From the IMG/VR virus record IMGVR_UViG_3300023199_000204, positions 124,001 through 188,000 of that record: a stretch of 64,000 nucleotides of DNA. One strand, 5' to 3'. The position numbers were made by a program, and so were the translations under genes. The notes beneath the pieces were generated by a model. That model saw only the letters and a list, made by a program, of their open reading frames with translations, was not told the origin of the DNA and ran no database searches. Positions 1-10,581 of the stretch are shown piece after piece; the first letter of the stretch is position 1; each line of letters starts with the position of its first letter.

Positions 1-65
1 GCGCAGTTTGTAAAAACTATCACGGTTTTTGGAAAAGATGCGAGAGAGGGGAAAGAGAAACTTAA

Positions 66-1445
66 ATGAATCTTGATACAAAAATTTTAGCATACTGTCT
101 TTATGAAAAAAGACTATTGATAAGCGTAGAACAAGAAATTACAGCAGATTTCTTTCATCCGGATTATCAAGTGTTTTATAAGCTTTTAGTAAGTTGTTAT
201 AAAAACTACCAAGAAATTCCAACACCTAGAGTTATGATGGAGCAGGCGGGAGCAGTGTGGATTCCTGAACATGATAAAATCTATTCAAGCTCCTTGGAAT
301 TAGAAGTTGATCCAAAGGAACTTCCTCACGATTTAAAAGAATTTAAGAGGAGATTTAACAAAAATCTGCTTCTTAAAACTGGATCTAAAGTATTTAAAGA
401 AAACTGGGACGGCAATGAATTTTCCTCTCTTGAAGAGGCAAACAAAATATTAAAAAATCTAATTGTTGAAATAGATAATATTTATAAAAGTAAAATATAT
501 AAAGAAGGAACTTTATCAGAAACAGTAGATGATGCTTGGGATTCTTTTAGAAAAGTTAGAGATGATCCAGATTCAGCTAAAGGCTTACATGTTGGGTTTG
601 AAACGTTTGATAGAATTTCTAATGGGATAAGACCAGCAGAGCTTGTATTGATTGGTGGAGAGTCTGGTTCGGGAAAGTCTGCGTTGTCAATGAATATGGC
701 AGTTAATGCTTGGAAAGGAAATAATATAATTCCTCACGATCCAGAACTTGTGGGAGAGTTTATAGAGGGCGGCGCCAATATTATTTACTTTACAATTGAG
801 ATGCCGTTTAAAGTTTTGAGAAGGCGGCTAGATGCTTGTATTTCTGGAGTCCCTTTATATGGAATAAGAGATGGAAGTCTAGATGAGAATGAAATTCAAA
901 GATTCAAAGCAGGTCTTAAATTTCAGGAAGAGTATGGAAAACAATTTCACATTGTAGATGTTCCTAGGGGCTGTACTGTTCATCAAATAGAGAGCAAATA
1001 TCTAGAAAAATGTCATGAATTTCAGCCTGATCTTATTGTTGTTGATTATATAAGTCTTATGACTTCTGACAAGGATGAAGGGTCGGATTGGCTTAGTCTG
1101 GGAAGATTAGCGGAGCAAATGCACGAGTTTTGTAGAACTTATAATGTTCCAGTAATATCACCAGTTCAGCTTAATAGACCTCCTAGAAACGGTCACACAA
1201 AACCCGACCAGCACAGGGTTGGAAGAAGTAGTATGTTGCCTCAGAATGCCAATATGTTATTGGCAATAGAAACAAGGCCAGAGGAGGAAACAAGAAGAGA
1301 TATGCTTGTAAGATGGGTAAAGAACAGAGATGGAGAACAAACTTCTTTTATATTACACAAACAACTTAATGTAATGAGAATATTTGATAGTGTTCCTGGA
1401 TGGGAACCGAATATACACGATGGGTATGAAGAAATAAATGTATGA
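66..1445 (+). CDS. dnaB: Replicative DNA helicase, DnaB family
   Basis: Walker A GESGSGKS, FTIEM, IVVDYI, QLNR, KNRDG motifs. Confidence 0.93.
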   Translation: MNLDTKILAYCLYEKRLLISVEQEITADFFHPDYQVFYKLLVSCYKNYQEIPTPRVMMEQAGAVWIPEHDKIYSSSLELEVDPKELPHDLKEFKRRFNKNLLLKTGSKVFKENWDGNEFSSLEEANKILKNLIVEIDNIYKSKIYKEGTLSETVDDAWDSFRKVRDDPDSAKGLHVGFETFDRISNGIRPAELVLIGGESGSGKSALSMNMAVNAWKGNNIIPHDPELVGEFIEGGANIIYFTIEMPFKVLRRRLDACISGVPLYGIRDGSLDENEIQRFKAGLKFQEEYGKQFHIVDVPRGCTVHQIESKYLEKCHEFQPDLIVVDYISLMTSDKDEGSDWLSLGRLAEQMHEFCRTYNVPVISPVQLNRPPRNGHTKPDQHRVGRSSMLPQNANMLLAIETRPEEETRRDMLVRWVKNRDGEQTSFILHKQLNVMRIFDSVPGWEPNIHDGYEEINV

Positions 1446-1617
1446 TATAGAAATAGCATATTTAAAGAATGTAATATATGATGATAAAACAGGGCAATTA
1501 TATTTGAAAATGGAAGTAACTGATCCCGTTTGGAAACAAAAAATACTACATAAATGGCAAGAGTTAGATATTAAAATTGTCATTGAGAATAAGGAGAAAA
1601 GTGATGCCGATATATGA
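1438..1617 (+). CDS. Hypothetical protein, 59 aa (below ORF-track cutoff)
   Basis: Read manually: MYDIEIAYLKN...SDADI, overlaps both neighbours. Confidence 0.6.
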   Translation: MYDIEIAYLKNVIYDDKTGQLYLKMEVTDPVWKQKILHKWQELDIKIVIENKEKSDADI

Positions 1618-1894
1618 TTATATTTGCCTCAATTGTAAATATGAATTTTCAGTTATAAAAAAAGTTGATAAAGATGGAAATTCTATAAGTAGAACAAGTT
1701 GTAGCAAATGTGATGGGTTTGATTTAAAAAAAAAGCTTACCAGTTGCGGAGTTAGAGTAGATTATAAAGATTCTAAAGAAATGTATGAAAGGGTTATAAA
1801 GCCAGATGCTAAAAAAATAGCAGATAAAATTCGTGCTGGAGACGAGGACGCCGCTGCCGATGTTTTTGGAGAAGATAAAGTATTTGGAAGTTGA
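1604..1894 (+). CDS. FmdB-family zinc ribbon protein
   Basis: MPIYDYICLNC...CSKC. Confidence 0.8.
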   Translation: MPIYDYICLNCKYEFSVIKKVDKDGNSISRTSCSKCDGFDLKKKLTSCGVRVDYKDSKEMYERVIKPDAKKIADKIRAGDEDAAADVFGEDKVFGS

Positions 1895-1924
1895 TTAGTA
1901 AGTAAAAATTAGGAGAAAGAAAGT

Positions 1925-4900
1925 ATGACTAAAATCAAAAATTCTGGGTCAAAAGGGGTGAATGAAGTGAAAGAAAGTGAAGTAGAAAAAAGCATTTTCG
2001 ATTTAATTAATGATTCTATGGGTGAAGAAGATACTGCGCCCTGGGAAGGAACGGTAAAAGATTATTTACAAAAAGTGATAGCCAAGCCGAGTTTAAATGA
2101 TAATGCCCACGCTAGAATTTGGAGAATGATTGAATCTCACGGAGTAGAGTTTGATGAGGAAGATGAAAAGAAAAAATACCCTAGATATAAGTTTTTTGAA
2201 AACGATTTATTTGGTGTAGATCACGTAATAGCAAGGGTGATGGAATACTTTAAAGCAGCCGTTTCTGGTTCGGAAGAAGTTAGTAGAAGAATTTTACTTA
2301 TGTGGGGCCCAACCTCATCAGGCAAATCGCAATTTGCGACTTTATTAAAAAGAGGCTTAGAGGCATTTTCAAAAACAAAAGAGGGAGAGATTTATGCTTT
2401 GTCAGAGTCACCTATGTTTGAAAACCCACTAGCAGCCATTCCACATTCAGCTAGAGCATCTATTAGAGATAAGTATGGATTAGTAATTGAAGGGGAACTT
2501 TCTCCTAAAATGGCATATCTTTTAGAGCACAAATATAAAGGTGATTTTTGGAAATTACCAGTTAAAAGAATTTTCTTATCTGAGCAGAATAGAGTAGGAA
2601 TTGGAACTTTTCAGCCGGGTGATTCGAAGTGCGTGGGGGGAGATACAATAATACTTACAAATTCAGGACTAATGAGAATAGAAGATATGGAGGAGTTGGT
2701 AGAAAATAATAAAGTAAAAGATTTAATGTGTTTAGATGAAAATGGAAAAGAACACGAGATAACTACATTTTTTAAATATAAAAATAAAGAGGTAGTTGAA
2801 ATAAATACAGAACTTAATTTTAATATAACGGCTACTCAAAACCATCCATTAAAGATTGTTAATAAGGATGGAGATTTTGAATGGAAATGTGCAGGTTTAA
2901 TTTCTGCAGGAGATACTTTAGTTTTAGGGAAAGGAGATATTAATTTTGTCGGAAAAGAACTTCCAGAAAATAAACTTGGTTTAAAGTGGAGTAGTGATCT
3001 AGCTTGGTTATTGGGAGTTTTTATTGCAGAAGGCTCTTATAGAAGAAACACTGTTGAAATATCAAATTGTAATAAAGATGTAAAAAATGTTGTTAAAAAC
3101 TTTGCTGAAACTATAAATTCTACATATATTGTTCGTGATGATAGAATTACATTTACAAGTAAAGAGTTTGTTAATTTCTTAAAAGACATGGAATTTAAAA
3201 CTGGGGCTCATAGCAAATTTATACCTCCAGTTGTTTTTACATCTGGCAAATATATAAAAGATTTTATTCAAGGAATGTGGATTGGTGATGGAAATTTAGG
3301 TAGGCATAAATCCAAAAATACTAATGAAGCTTCATATAGCACAGTTTCAAAAGAGTTGGGTGAACAGGTAAGATTGCTATTACTTACTTTAGGAATTCCT
3401 GCTTCTTTACATAAAGAAAAGGATGTTGGAACATCAGGAGCATTTAAAGTACAAGTTACTGGAAAAAATGTAGAGAAATTACAAGATGTTTTAAATTTGC
3501 CTGAATGGAAAATTACTAGAAAACTTACGGAAAATAAATTTTCAAGCCCAAATACCCTTAGGCTCCCTAATATAGATAATTTATTAAATAAGATATATAC
3601 TAAAACTTGGAAAGGAACTAATTGGTATCCATATATGAATAATAAATCTAGATTCAGTCTAGAATCTTTTCAAAAATTTATTAAAACAGCAAAAGAAAAT
3701 AATATTGAGCAGGAATATTTAAATAAATTAGAGAAGCTATCTAATAAAAATATTTTTTATGTAGATGTTAAAGAGGTTAAAAATTCCATATCTGATGTTT
3801 ATGACATTGAAGTTCCAGGAATACATTATTTTATAGCTAATGGATTTATTTCTCATAATAGTCAAAGTCAATCTGAATTAGTTGGATCTGTAAATTTTTC
3901 TAAATTAGAAGAATATGGTGTAGAATCTCATCCCATGGCCTATAATTTTGATGGAGAACTTAATGTTTCCAATAGAGGAATGATGGAGTTTATTGAACTA
4001 CTTAAAGTAGATCCAAAGTTTAGACATATTCTTTTAACCCTAGCTCAAGAAAAGAGAATTAAGGTTGAAAGATTTCCTTTAATTTCAGCTGATTTAGTTC
4101 CTATTTCACACACAAATGAAACAGAATATAATAAATTCATCGGTGATAAAACTGAAGAAGCTTTGCACGACAGGCTTTGGGTTGTTAATTTCCCTTATAA
4201 CTTAAGGTTAGATGATGAGGTTAGAATTTATAAAAAGTTAATTTATGGCAACACTGGTTTGAGTCAAACTCATATTGCGCCACACACGCTTAAGGTTGCG
4301 GCAATGTTTGCTATCCTATCTAGACTAGAAGAGCCTAAAGATAAAAGTGTTACAATTTTACAAAAGATGCATATGTATAATGAAGAGTCTGTGGATGGCT
4401 TTTCTAAGGAAGATGCTGTTGAATTACATAAAGCTTCAGAAAGAGAGGGCCTAGATGGAGTATCTCCTAGATATGTAGTTAATAGATTAGCAGCGTGTTT
4501 CGCAAAATATAATGTTAGTTCTATCACCCCAATTGATGCCCTTAGAAGTGTTAAAGAGGGGTTAGGAACTAATGCTAAATTAGATAAAGAAGAAGTTACA
4601 AGATTAGAAAACTTGATTTCTCTTTGTATTGAAGAATACAATAAGATTGCTATAAATGAAGTTCAAAAAGCATTTTTCTTAAACTTTGAAACAGAAATTA
4701 AAAATCTTCTTGCTAATTATATTGATAATGTTGGAGCTTATCTCGATGATTCAAAAGTAGAAAATGAGTGGGGCGAGTACGAGGAGCCTGATGAGAGATT
4801 AATGAGGAGTGTTGAAGAAAAGATAGGTATTACCATTAGTGGTGCCGATACTTTTAGACAAGAAGTCTATCGTAAAATGCTTGAATCTAAAAAGCAGGAT

Positions 4901-5134
4901 GGAAGTTATGAATATAAATCACACGCCAGGCTTAAAGAGGCTCTACAGAAACAATTATTTGAAGAAAGAGCTGATGTAATTAGATTAACAGTTTCTACTA
5001 GAAATCCTGATGAAGGTGCTCTTAAGAGATTAAATCAGGTATGTGAAACCCTAATTGATAAGTATGATTATACTGCTGATAGTGCTAATGAGTTGCTACG
5101 ATATGTAAGCAATATAATGAGCAAAAGCAACTAA
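1925..5134 (+). CDS. prkA: PrkA/YeaG-family AAA+ ATPase ('serine kinase'), intein-containing; about 659 aa after splicing
   Basis: GPTSSGKS, SPMFENPL, GIGTFQPGD, GELNVSNRGMMEFIELLK, GLDGVSPRY. Confidence 0.93.
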   Translation: MTKIKNSGSKGVNEVKESEVEKSIFDLINDSMGEEDTAPWEGTVKDYLQKVIAKPSLNDNAHARIWRMIESHGVEFDEEDEKKKYPRYKFFENDLFGVDHVIARVMEYFKAAVSGSEEVSRRILLMWGPTSSGKSQFATLLKRGLEAFSKTKEGEIYALSESPMFENPLAAIPHSARASIRDKYGLVIEGELSPKMAYLLEHKYKGDFWKLPVKRIFLSEQNRVGIGTFQPGDSKCVGGDTIILTNSGLMRIEDMEELVENNKVKDLMCLDENGKEHEITTFFKYKNKEVVEINTELNFNITATQNHPLKIVNKDGDFEWKCAGLISAGDTLVLGKGDINFVGKELPENKLGLKWSSDLAWLLGVFIAEGSYRRNTVEISNCNKDVKNVVKNFAETINSTYIVRDDRITFTSKEFVNFLKDMEFKTGAHSKFIPPVVFTSGKYIKDFIQGMWIGDGNLGRHKSKNTNEASYSTVSKELGEQVRLLLLTLGIPASLHKEKDVGTSGAFKVQVTGKNVEKLQDVLNLPEWKITRKLTENKFSSPNTLRLPNIDNLLNKIYTKTWKGTNWYPYMNNKSRFSLESFQKFIKTAKENNIEQEYLNKLEKLSNKNIFYVDVKEVKNSISDVYDIEVPGIHYFIANGFISHNSQSQSELVGSVNFSKLEEYGVESHPMAYNFDGELNVSNRGMMEFIELLKVDPKFRHILLTLAQEKRIKVERFPLISADLVPISHTNETEYNKFIGDKTEEALHDRLWVVNFPYNLRLDDEVRIYKKLIYGNTGLSQTHIAPHTLKVAAMFAILSRLEEPKDKSVTILQKMHMYNEESVDGFSKEDAVELHKASEREGLDGVSPRYVVNRLAACFAKYNVSSITPIDALRSVKEGLGTNAKLDKEEVTRLENLISLCIEEYNKIAINEVQKAFFLNFETEIKNLLANYIDNVGAYLDDSKVENEWGEYEEPDERLMRSVEEKIGITISGADTFRQEVYRKMLESKKQDGSYEYKSHARLKEALQKQLFEERADVIRLTVSTRNPDEGALKRLNQVCETLIDKYDYTADSANELLRYVSNIMSKSN
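2630..3859 (+). mobile_element. Intein (410 aa) with LAGLIDADG endonuclease in PrkA
   Basis: K/CVGGDT start, TATQNHP block B, LLGVFIAEG and GMWIGDG motifs, ISHN/S end; splicing restores FQPGDSK-SQSQSELVG. Confidence 0.93.
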
Positions 5135-5143
5135 GAGGTTTTA

Positions 5144-6340
5144 ATGAGTAAAGAATCATTTAAAGATATTTGGTCTTTGAGAAAACCTGGGGCTCGCGAC
5201 TCCGCTCGTCATAAGGAGCGGGTTCGCGAAGCCATCAAGGATAATCTTAGAGATTTGATAGCAGAAGAAAATATTATTACTTCACACGGAAACAAAAAAA
5301 TTAAGGTGCCAATTAAGTATCTTGATATGTGGAGATTTAAGTTTGGAAAAAACAAAAAGTCCAATAGTGTCGGACAAGGTGAAGGAAAAGAACCAGGGGA
5401 TATTATTGCCAAGGAAGGTGGAAAACCTGGGCAAGGAGATAAGGCTGGAGAGCAAGCTGGTGAAGATATTTATGAAGAAGAAGTAGATCTAGATGAAGTA
5501 ATTGAAATAATGTTAGAAGACCTAGATTTACCCTGGCTTGAAGAAAAAGATAAAGCAATAGAAGTAGAAACCGAAGAGATTGTGTTTCAAGATATTGCTG
5601 AAAAAGGCTTGCCTGCGAACATTGATAAGAGAAGAACTATTCTTCAAAATATGAAACGAAACGCTATGAAAGGTAAAATGCGTATTAAGGGAATAGCTCT
5701 CGAAGATTTGAGATATAAGGTTTGGGAAAAAGTCGTTGAAAAGCATTCAAACGCAGCGGTCTTTTTATTAATGGACCGATCTGGAAGTATGGATTCAGAG
5801 AAAAAGTATATTGTTAAATCATTCTTTTTCTGGATGGTTAATTTTATTAGAAGAAAATATAACAATGTAGAAATTGTTTTTATTGCTCACGATACAAGAG
5901 CCAAAGAAGTTGAAGAGGATAAGTTTTTTGAAATTTCTCAGTCTGGAGGAACCAAATGTAGTTCCGCACTACAATTAGCAAAGGATATAATAGAAGAGCG
6001 TTATCCAGATAATATCTGGAATAATTATGTATATTCTTTTTCTGATGGAGATAATTGGAGTGACGATAATTCTATTTGTGTAGATTTAGTTAAAGATCTT
6101 TTGAAAGTGTGCCAGGCGGTTGGTTATGGAGAAGTTCATTACAATAATTGGTTTTACAACTGGTCACAAAATAATCAAGATAGAATAGAGGATTATAAAA
6201 AATCTAAGTTAGCATACTCATATGATTCTAATCTGGATTTAGTTACTAATCCAAGATTTATGATTGGTGTAATCTCAAAAAGAGAGGATATTTACCAATG
6301 CCTTAGAAACTTTTTGAAAGGAGTTAATTCAAATGAATAA
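5144..6340 (+). CDS. yeaH: YeaH/YhbH (DUF444) vWA-domain protein
   Basis: VFLLMDRSGSM MIDAS, FIAHDT, SGGT, SDGDNW; middle gene of the prkA-yeaH-spoVR triad. Confidence 0.9.
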   Translation: MSKESFKDIWSLRKPGARDSARHKERVREAIKDNLRDLIAEENIITSHGNKKIKVPIKYLDMWRFKFGKNKKSNSVGQGEGKEPGDIIAKEGGKPGQGDKAGEQAGEDIYEEEVDLDEVIEIMLEDLDLPWLEEKDKAIEVETEEIVFQDIAEKGLPANIDKRRTILQNMKRNAMKGKMRIKGIALEDLRYKVWEKVVEKHSNAAVFLLMDRSGSMDSEKKYIVKSFFFWMVNFIRRKYNNVEIVFIAHDTRAKEVEEDKFFEISQSGGTKCSSALQLAKDIIEERYPDNIWNNYVYSFSDGDNWSDDNSICVDLVKDLLKVCQAVGYGEVHYNNWFYNWSQNNQDRIEDYKKSKLAYSYDSNLDLVTNPRFMIGVISKREDIYQCLRNFLKGVNSNE

Positions 6341-9300
6341 TAGGATAGAAGAAATTTTACAACTGGCGAAAGATGAAGGTTTAGATTTCTTTCCTGTAGT
6401 TTTTGAGATCGTAGAGAAAACAACTATGAACAATGTATGTGCCTATGGCTTACCTACCAGGGCAAGGCACTGGAGCTATGGTAGATCCTATGACCATCAA
6501 AAAACCTATGGAGAAATGGGTTTGTCAAAAGTATATGAAGTTATATTAAACAACAATCCTTCATATGCGTTTATGCTTGACACAAACACGCCTGTTCAAA
6601 ATTTATTTATTGCTGCTCATTGTTCCGCACACTGTTTTATAACAGGAACATTAATTGAAACACAAAATGGACCTAAAAATATAGAAGATATAACTCTAAA
6701 TGATAAAATTTTAACTCATAAGGGAATATATAGAAAACCTATGGCTTTGTCTAAAACAAAGCATAAAGGATACTTATATACAATAGGAATTGGTTCACAT
6801 AAAATAACTTGTACGCCAGAGCATCCGTTTTATGTTGTAAGTAGTGAAGAATGTGTGCTTAATTATCGTAAGTCAATATGTAGACCAAATTGTAAATATA
6901 AAAATCAAGATAGGTGCAAAGATAAGCCTTATTCGTCATATGAGCCAAGTTGGTTAAAAGCACAGGATATTAAAATAGGAGATTTTTTAGTTTATCCTAA
7001 AAATAAAACTATTGGTTGCGAACCTGTTAAATCATTTATAATAAATGGAGAAAAGGAGCACGGTCATCCGGGTGGAGTGAAAGAAGTAGAATATACTATA
7101 AATATAGATGAGGCTTTCGGCGAATTTTTAGGTTTATATCTTGCGGAAGGTTATGCCCGTGAAGGCGGACAGATGGGATTATGTTTTCACACAAAAGAAA
7201 AAGGATTACATAAAGATAGCCATAGGTTAATTAAACAATTATTTGAGTTAAAAACATATAATTCTATTAGTGAAGATACTCATTCTCACCAAGTATTATT
7301 TAATGAAAAAGTATTAGCAAATTGGTTAATTAATAATTTAGGAAGAGGCAGTGGTAATAAACAAATACCTGATTTTTTGCTAAAATCTGGAAACGAAAAG
7401 TTTTTCTTGGCACTATTAAAAGGATTATTTCACGGAGATGGCCACGGCAGAGATAGGTCGATTAACTTAACAACCACTTCGTCGATTCTTGCTACGCAAG
7501 TTAGACAAATATGTGCTAAATATAATTACATTACTAATATTAAAATTAGAAAATATAATGATAAAAAAACAGCGTATGTTATAACTTTATCTGGAACAAG
7601 TAGGGTTAGTTTATTAAACGATACTGGTATATATTGGAATAACTACTCTGGCAATAGAAGTTACGAATTTGGATGGTATGATGAAGATAATATTTATATT
7701 CCTGTTAAAACAGTAGATGTTTCCTGTAATAATGAAGAGGAAGTATATAATCTGGAAGTTCCTAAGGACTCTTCTTATACTTTGTTTGCGGGAGCAATTA
7801 CTCATAATAGTGATTTTTTTAAAAATAATATTATGTTTAAAGGCTCTGATAGAAATATGATTAGACACGCAGCAGAGCACGCAGGAAGGGTAGAAAAATA
7901 CATAGAGAAATATGGTTTTGATAAAGTTGAACATTTAATGGATGTGGGCTTTGCTTTGGATAATCACATTGATTGGCATAAAGGTTTATATAGAAAGCCA
8001 TATGATGAAAAGAAAGAAATATATAGAAAAAGGAACCCAGGGGAATTTGATGATTTACTTTATAAAAAGTATAAACCAACCATTGTAAAAGATACGGTTA
8101 ATGATAAGTTTCCACCTAGTCCTGAAAGAGATCTATTATGGTTTTTAATTACATATGCTCCTTTAAAAAATTGGGAAGTTGATTTGTTAAACATTATTAG
8201 AACAGAATCATTTTACTTTTATCCGCAGATGATGACTAAGATACTTAATGAAGGATGGGCTTGTTTGTGCCCTGGCTCTCTTGTATTTTCCCCACAAAAT
8301 GGAATGGTTCCTATTGAGGAGCTTGTAGATAAAGGATTTGATGTAATTGATAGAAATAACAATACACATAAATTAAGTGATAAATATAATGGATACAAGA
8401 TATGTAGAAATGTAAAAACCAAACGAGGATTTGAATTATCTGGTGCGGAAAATCATGGTGTTCTATGTTGGGATGAAAAACCTATATATAAGAAAATAAA
8501 AGATTTATGTTCTGGTGATAAAGTGGTCATCAGTAGTAATCAAAATTGCTGGAGTAATAAGACCCAAAAACTACCTAGCGTTAGTTTATCTGGGAAAGAG
8601 CGAGAAGGATTTAAGTTACCAAAGTATTTAAATAAAGATGTAGCTAAATTTCTTGGATATTTTCTAGCTGAGGGTCATATAGGCAAAAGATGCGTTTGTT
8701 TAACTAATGGAGATTTAAATGTAGCGAAAGACATGTGTTTATCTATAGAAAAAACATTTGGGTATAAAGTTTCGCCAAGAGAAGAGGAATCTAGATATAG
8801 GGTTGAATTTTATTCGACATCTGTATGTGAATTGCTAAATAAGCTTAATCTTTCTGGAGGGGCAAGAAATAAGAGAATCCCGAAAGAAATTTTAACTTCT
8901 CCAAAATCAGTGGTAATAGAGTTTCTTTCTGCTGCTTTTACTGGCGATGGGGGAGCATATAATAAATATGGTATATTAGCATTAAGTACTGGTGTTAAAG
9001 AAAACGCCAATATTATTCAACTTTTATTGCTAAATTTAGGTATAGTTTCAACAATATCAGTATGTAAAAAATCTGGATATGAAGATACTTATCAAGTTTG
9101 GATTAGAGAAAACTTAATGAAAAAAGCTTTTTCAAAAATAATTAAAACTTCTTCTAAATTAAAAGAAAAGGTATTAAATAGTTTTAAAAATCACAATAAT
9201 AAAAATACTTATAAATGGTCATATAACATTAGTGATAAGGATATAAATAATATAAGTTTATTTTTACAAAATACTACACAGAAGAAAGAGAAAGAAGTTG

Positions 9301-10208
9301 GATTTAATTCTTGGAGAGTTAATAAATCAAAAAGTATAACATTAAATCAAATTAATTCTTTGGAAGAATTAGGAGTCAAGTCCAATATAAGTAAAAATTG
9401 GGTAATTGATGAGGTAAAAGAAGTTTCTATTCCATTTGAATCAAAGGTATATGACATGACTGTACCTAATGTTCACGAATATCAAGCTCAGGGATTTATC
9501 AATCACAATTCATTTTGGCACGCAGAGCTAATGTTTAAATATAATGGAACTACTCCTGAGGAACATATTGATTTCTGTAGAACTCACGAAAAAGTAGTTC
9601 AGCCAGGTGGAAACCCTTTTAGAATAAATCCATATTTCTTGGGCTTTAAAATATTCAAAGATATTGAGAAAAGATGGGATGAAAAATATAAAAATGGCGA
9701 AAGCAATATTTCTGGAAGAGAAAAAATATTCAAAGTAAGAGCGGAAGAGGACGACATCTCTTTTGTCAGAAATTACTTAACTAAAGAACTAGTAGAAGAG
9801 CTTCATTTATTTACATATGGATATGAAAAGGAATATCCCGAAGGTTTTGATGGTGAGAAATTGATTCAAATGAAATCACGGAGCCTCAATGATGTTGTTG
9901 AGTCTATTGTTTCTCCGCTATATAACTGTGGTGCTCCAAAGATTGTAATAACTGGATTAAATAGAGAAGGAGGTCTTGTTTTGAAGCACGATAGCGAAGA
10001 GATAGGGACTCTTAATTTTAATTTTGCCAAAAAGACACTTGAATATTTATGGCACCTTTGGACGGAAAATATCGAACTCCACACAAAAGATGATGACGGA
10101 AATGAAGTTATTCTTTGCTTTGATGAAGTTGGATTTTATGTTAAAAAATTAGATGAAGAATTAGATTTTCTAGATGAAGAGGAAAAAAATGAAGATTTTA
10201 AATTCTAG
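6333..10208 (+). CDS. spoVR: SpoVR/YcgB-family protein with two inteins; about 483 aa after splicing
   Basis: YGLPTRARHWSYG, YEVILNNNPSYAF, TKILNEGWA-SFWH, INPYFLG. Confidence 0.92.
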   Translation: MNNRIEEILQLAKDEGLDFFPVVFEIVEKTTMNNVCAYGLPTRARHWSYGRSYDHQKTYGEMGLSKVYEVILNNNPSYAFMLDTNTPVQNLFIAAHCSAHCFITGTLIETQNGPKNIEDITLNDKILTHKGIYRKPMALSKTKHKGYLYTIGIGSHKITCTPEHPFYVVSSEECVLNYRKSICRPNCKYKNQDRCKDKPYSSYEPSWLKAQDIKIGDFLVYPKNKTIGCEPVKSFIINGEKEHGHPGGVKEVEYTINIDEAFGEFLGLYLAEGYAREGGQMGLCFHTKEKGLHKDSHRLIKQLFELKTYNSISEDTHSHQVLFNEKVLANWLINNLGRGSGNKQIPDFLLKSGNEKFFLALLKGLFHGDGHGRDRSINLTTTSSILATQVRQICAKYNYITNIKIRKYNDKKTAYVITLSGTSRVSLLNDTGIYWNNYSGNRSYEFGWYDEDNIYIPVKTVDVSCNNEEEVYNLEVPKDSSYTLFAGAITHNSDFFKNNIMFKGSDRNMIRHAAEHAGRVEKYIEKYGFDKVEHLMDVGFALDNHIDWHKGLYRKPYDEKKEIYRKRNPGEFDDLLYKKYKPTIVKDTVNDKFPPSPERDLLWFLITYAPLKNWEVDLLNIIRTESFYFYPQMMTKILNEGWACLCPGSLVFSPQNGMVPIEELVDKGFDVIDRNNNTHKLSDKYNGYKICRNVKTKRGFELSGAENHGVLCWDEKPIYKKIKDLCSGDKVVISSNQNCWSNKTQKLPSVSLSGKEREGFKLPKYLNKDVAKFLGYFLAEGHIGKRCVCLTNGDLNVAKDMCLSIEKTFGYKVSPREEESRYRVEFYSTSVCELLNKLNLSGGARNKRIPKEILTSPKSVVIEFLSAAFTGDGGAYNKYGILALSTGVKENANIIQLLLLNLGIVSTISVCKKSGYEDTYQVWIRENLMKKAFSKIIKTSSKLKEKVLNSFKNHNNKNTYKWSYNISDKDINNISLFLQNTTQKKEKEVGFNSWRVNKSKSITLNQINSLEELGVKSNISKNWVIDEVKEVSIPFESKVYDMTVPNVHEYQAQGFINHNSFWHAELMFKYNGTTPEEHIDFCRTHEKVVQPGGNPFRINPYFLGFKIFKDIEKRWDEKYKNGESNISGREKIFKVRAEEDDISFVRNYLTKELVEELHLFTYGYEKEYPEGFDGEKLIQMKSRSLNDVVESIVSPLYNCGAPKIVITGLNREGGLVLKHDSEEIGTLNFNFAKKTLEYLWHLWTENIELHTKDDDGNEVILCFDEVGFYVKKLDEELDFLDEEEKNEDFKF
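6633..7808 (+). mobile_element. SpoVR intein 1 (392 aa, LAGLIDADG)
   Basis: H/CFITGT start, CTPEHPF, LGLYLAEG, GLFHGDG, ITHN/S end; restores AH-SDFFKNN. Confidence 0.93.
8262..9509 (+). mobile_element. SpoVR intein 2 (416 aa, LAGLIDADG)
   Basis: A/CLCPGS start, GAENHG, LGYFLAEG, AFTGDG, INHN/S end; restores NEGWA-SFWH. Confidence 0.93.
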
Positions 10209-10581
10209 ATATAAAACAGTAGTTATAGATGATGATCGTTATATCATGTATAATAATATTGGAGAATTTTGGTTTAAAAATAAAAAGCTACATAGAATAA
10301 GCGGACCTGCGTTTATTGGTAAAAACGAAGATAAGTTTTGGTTTCAAAAGGGAAAGCTTTATCGGACCGATGGTCCAGCAGTGGAATATGCTAATGGAAC
10401 TAAATATTGGTATAAAGAAGGAAAGCTTCATCGGACCGATGGTCCAGCAGTAGAATGGGCCGATGGAACTAAATATTGGTATAAAGAAGGAAAGCTTCAT
10501 CGGACCGATGGTCCAGCACTAGAGTATAGTAATGGAACTAAAGAGTGGTGGATAAAAGGAATGTATATAAAGGTGAAATAA
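10189..10581 (+). CDS. 23-aa repeat protein (KLHRTDGPA; MORN-variant-like), copy 1
   Basis: Three 69-bp units plus one degenerate unit; begins MKILNS. Confidence 0.85.
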   Translation: MKILNSRYKTVVIDDDRYIMYNNIGEFWFKNKKLHRISGPAFIGKNEDKFWFQKGKLYRTDGPAVEYANGTKYWYKEGKLHRTDGPAVEWADGTKYWYKEGKLHRTDGPALEYSNGTKEWWIKGMYIKVK

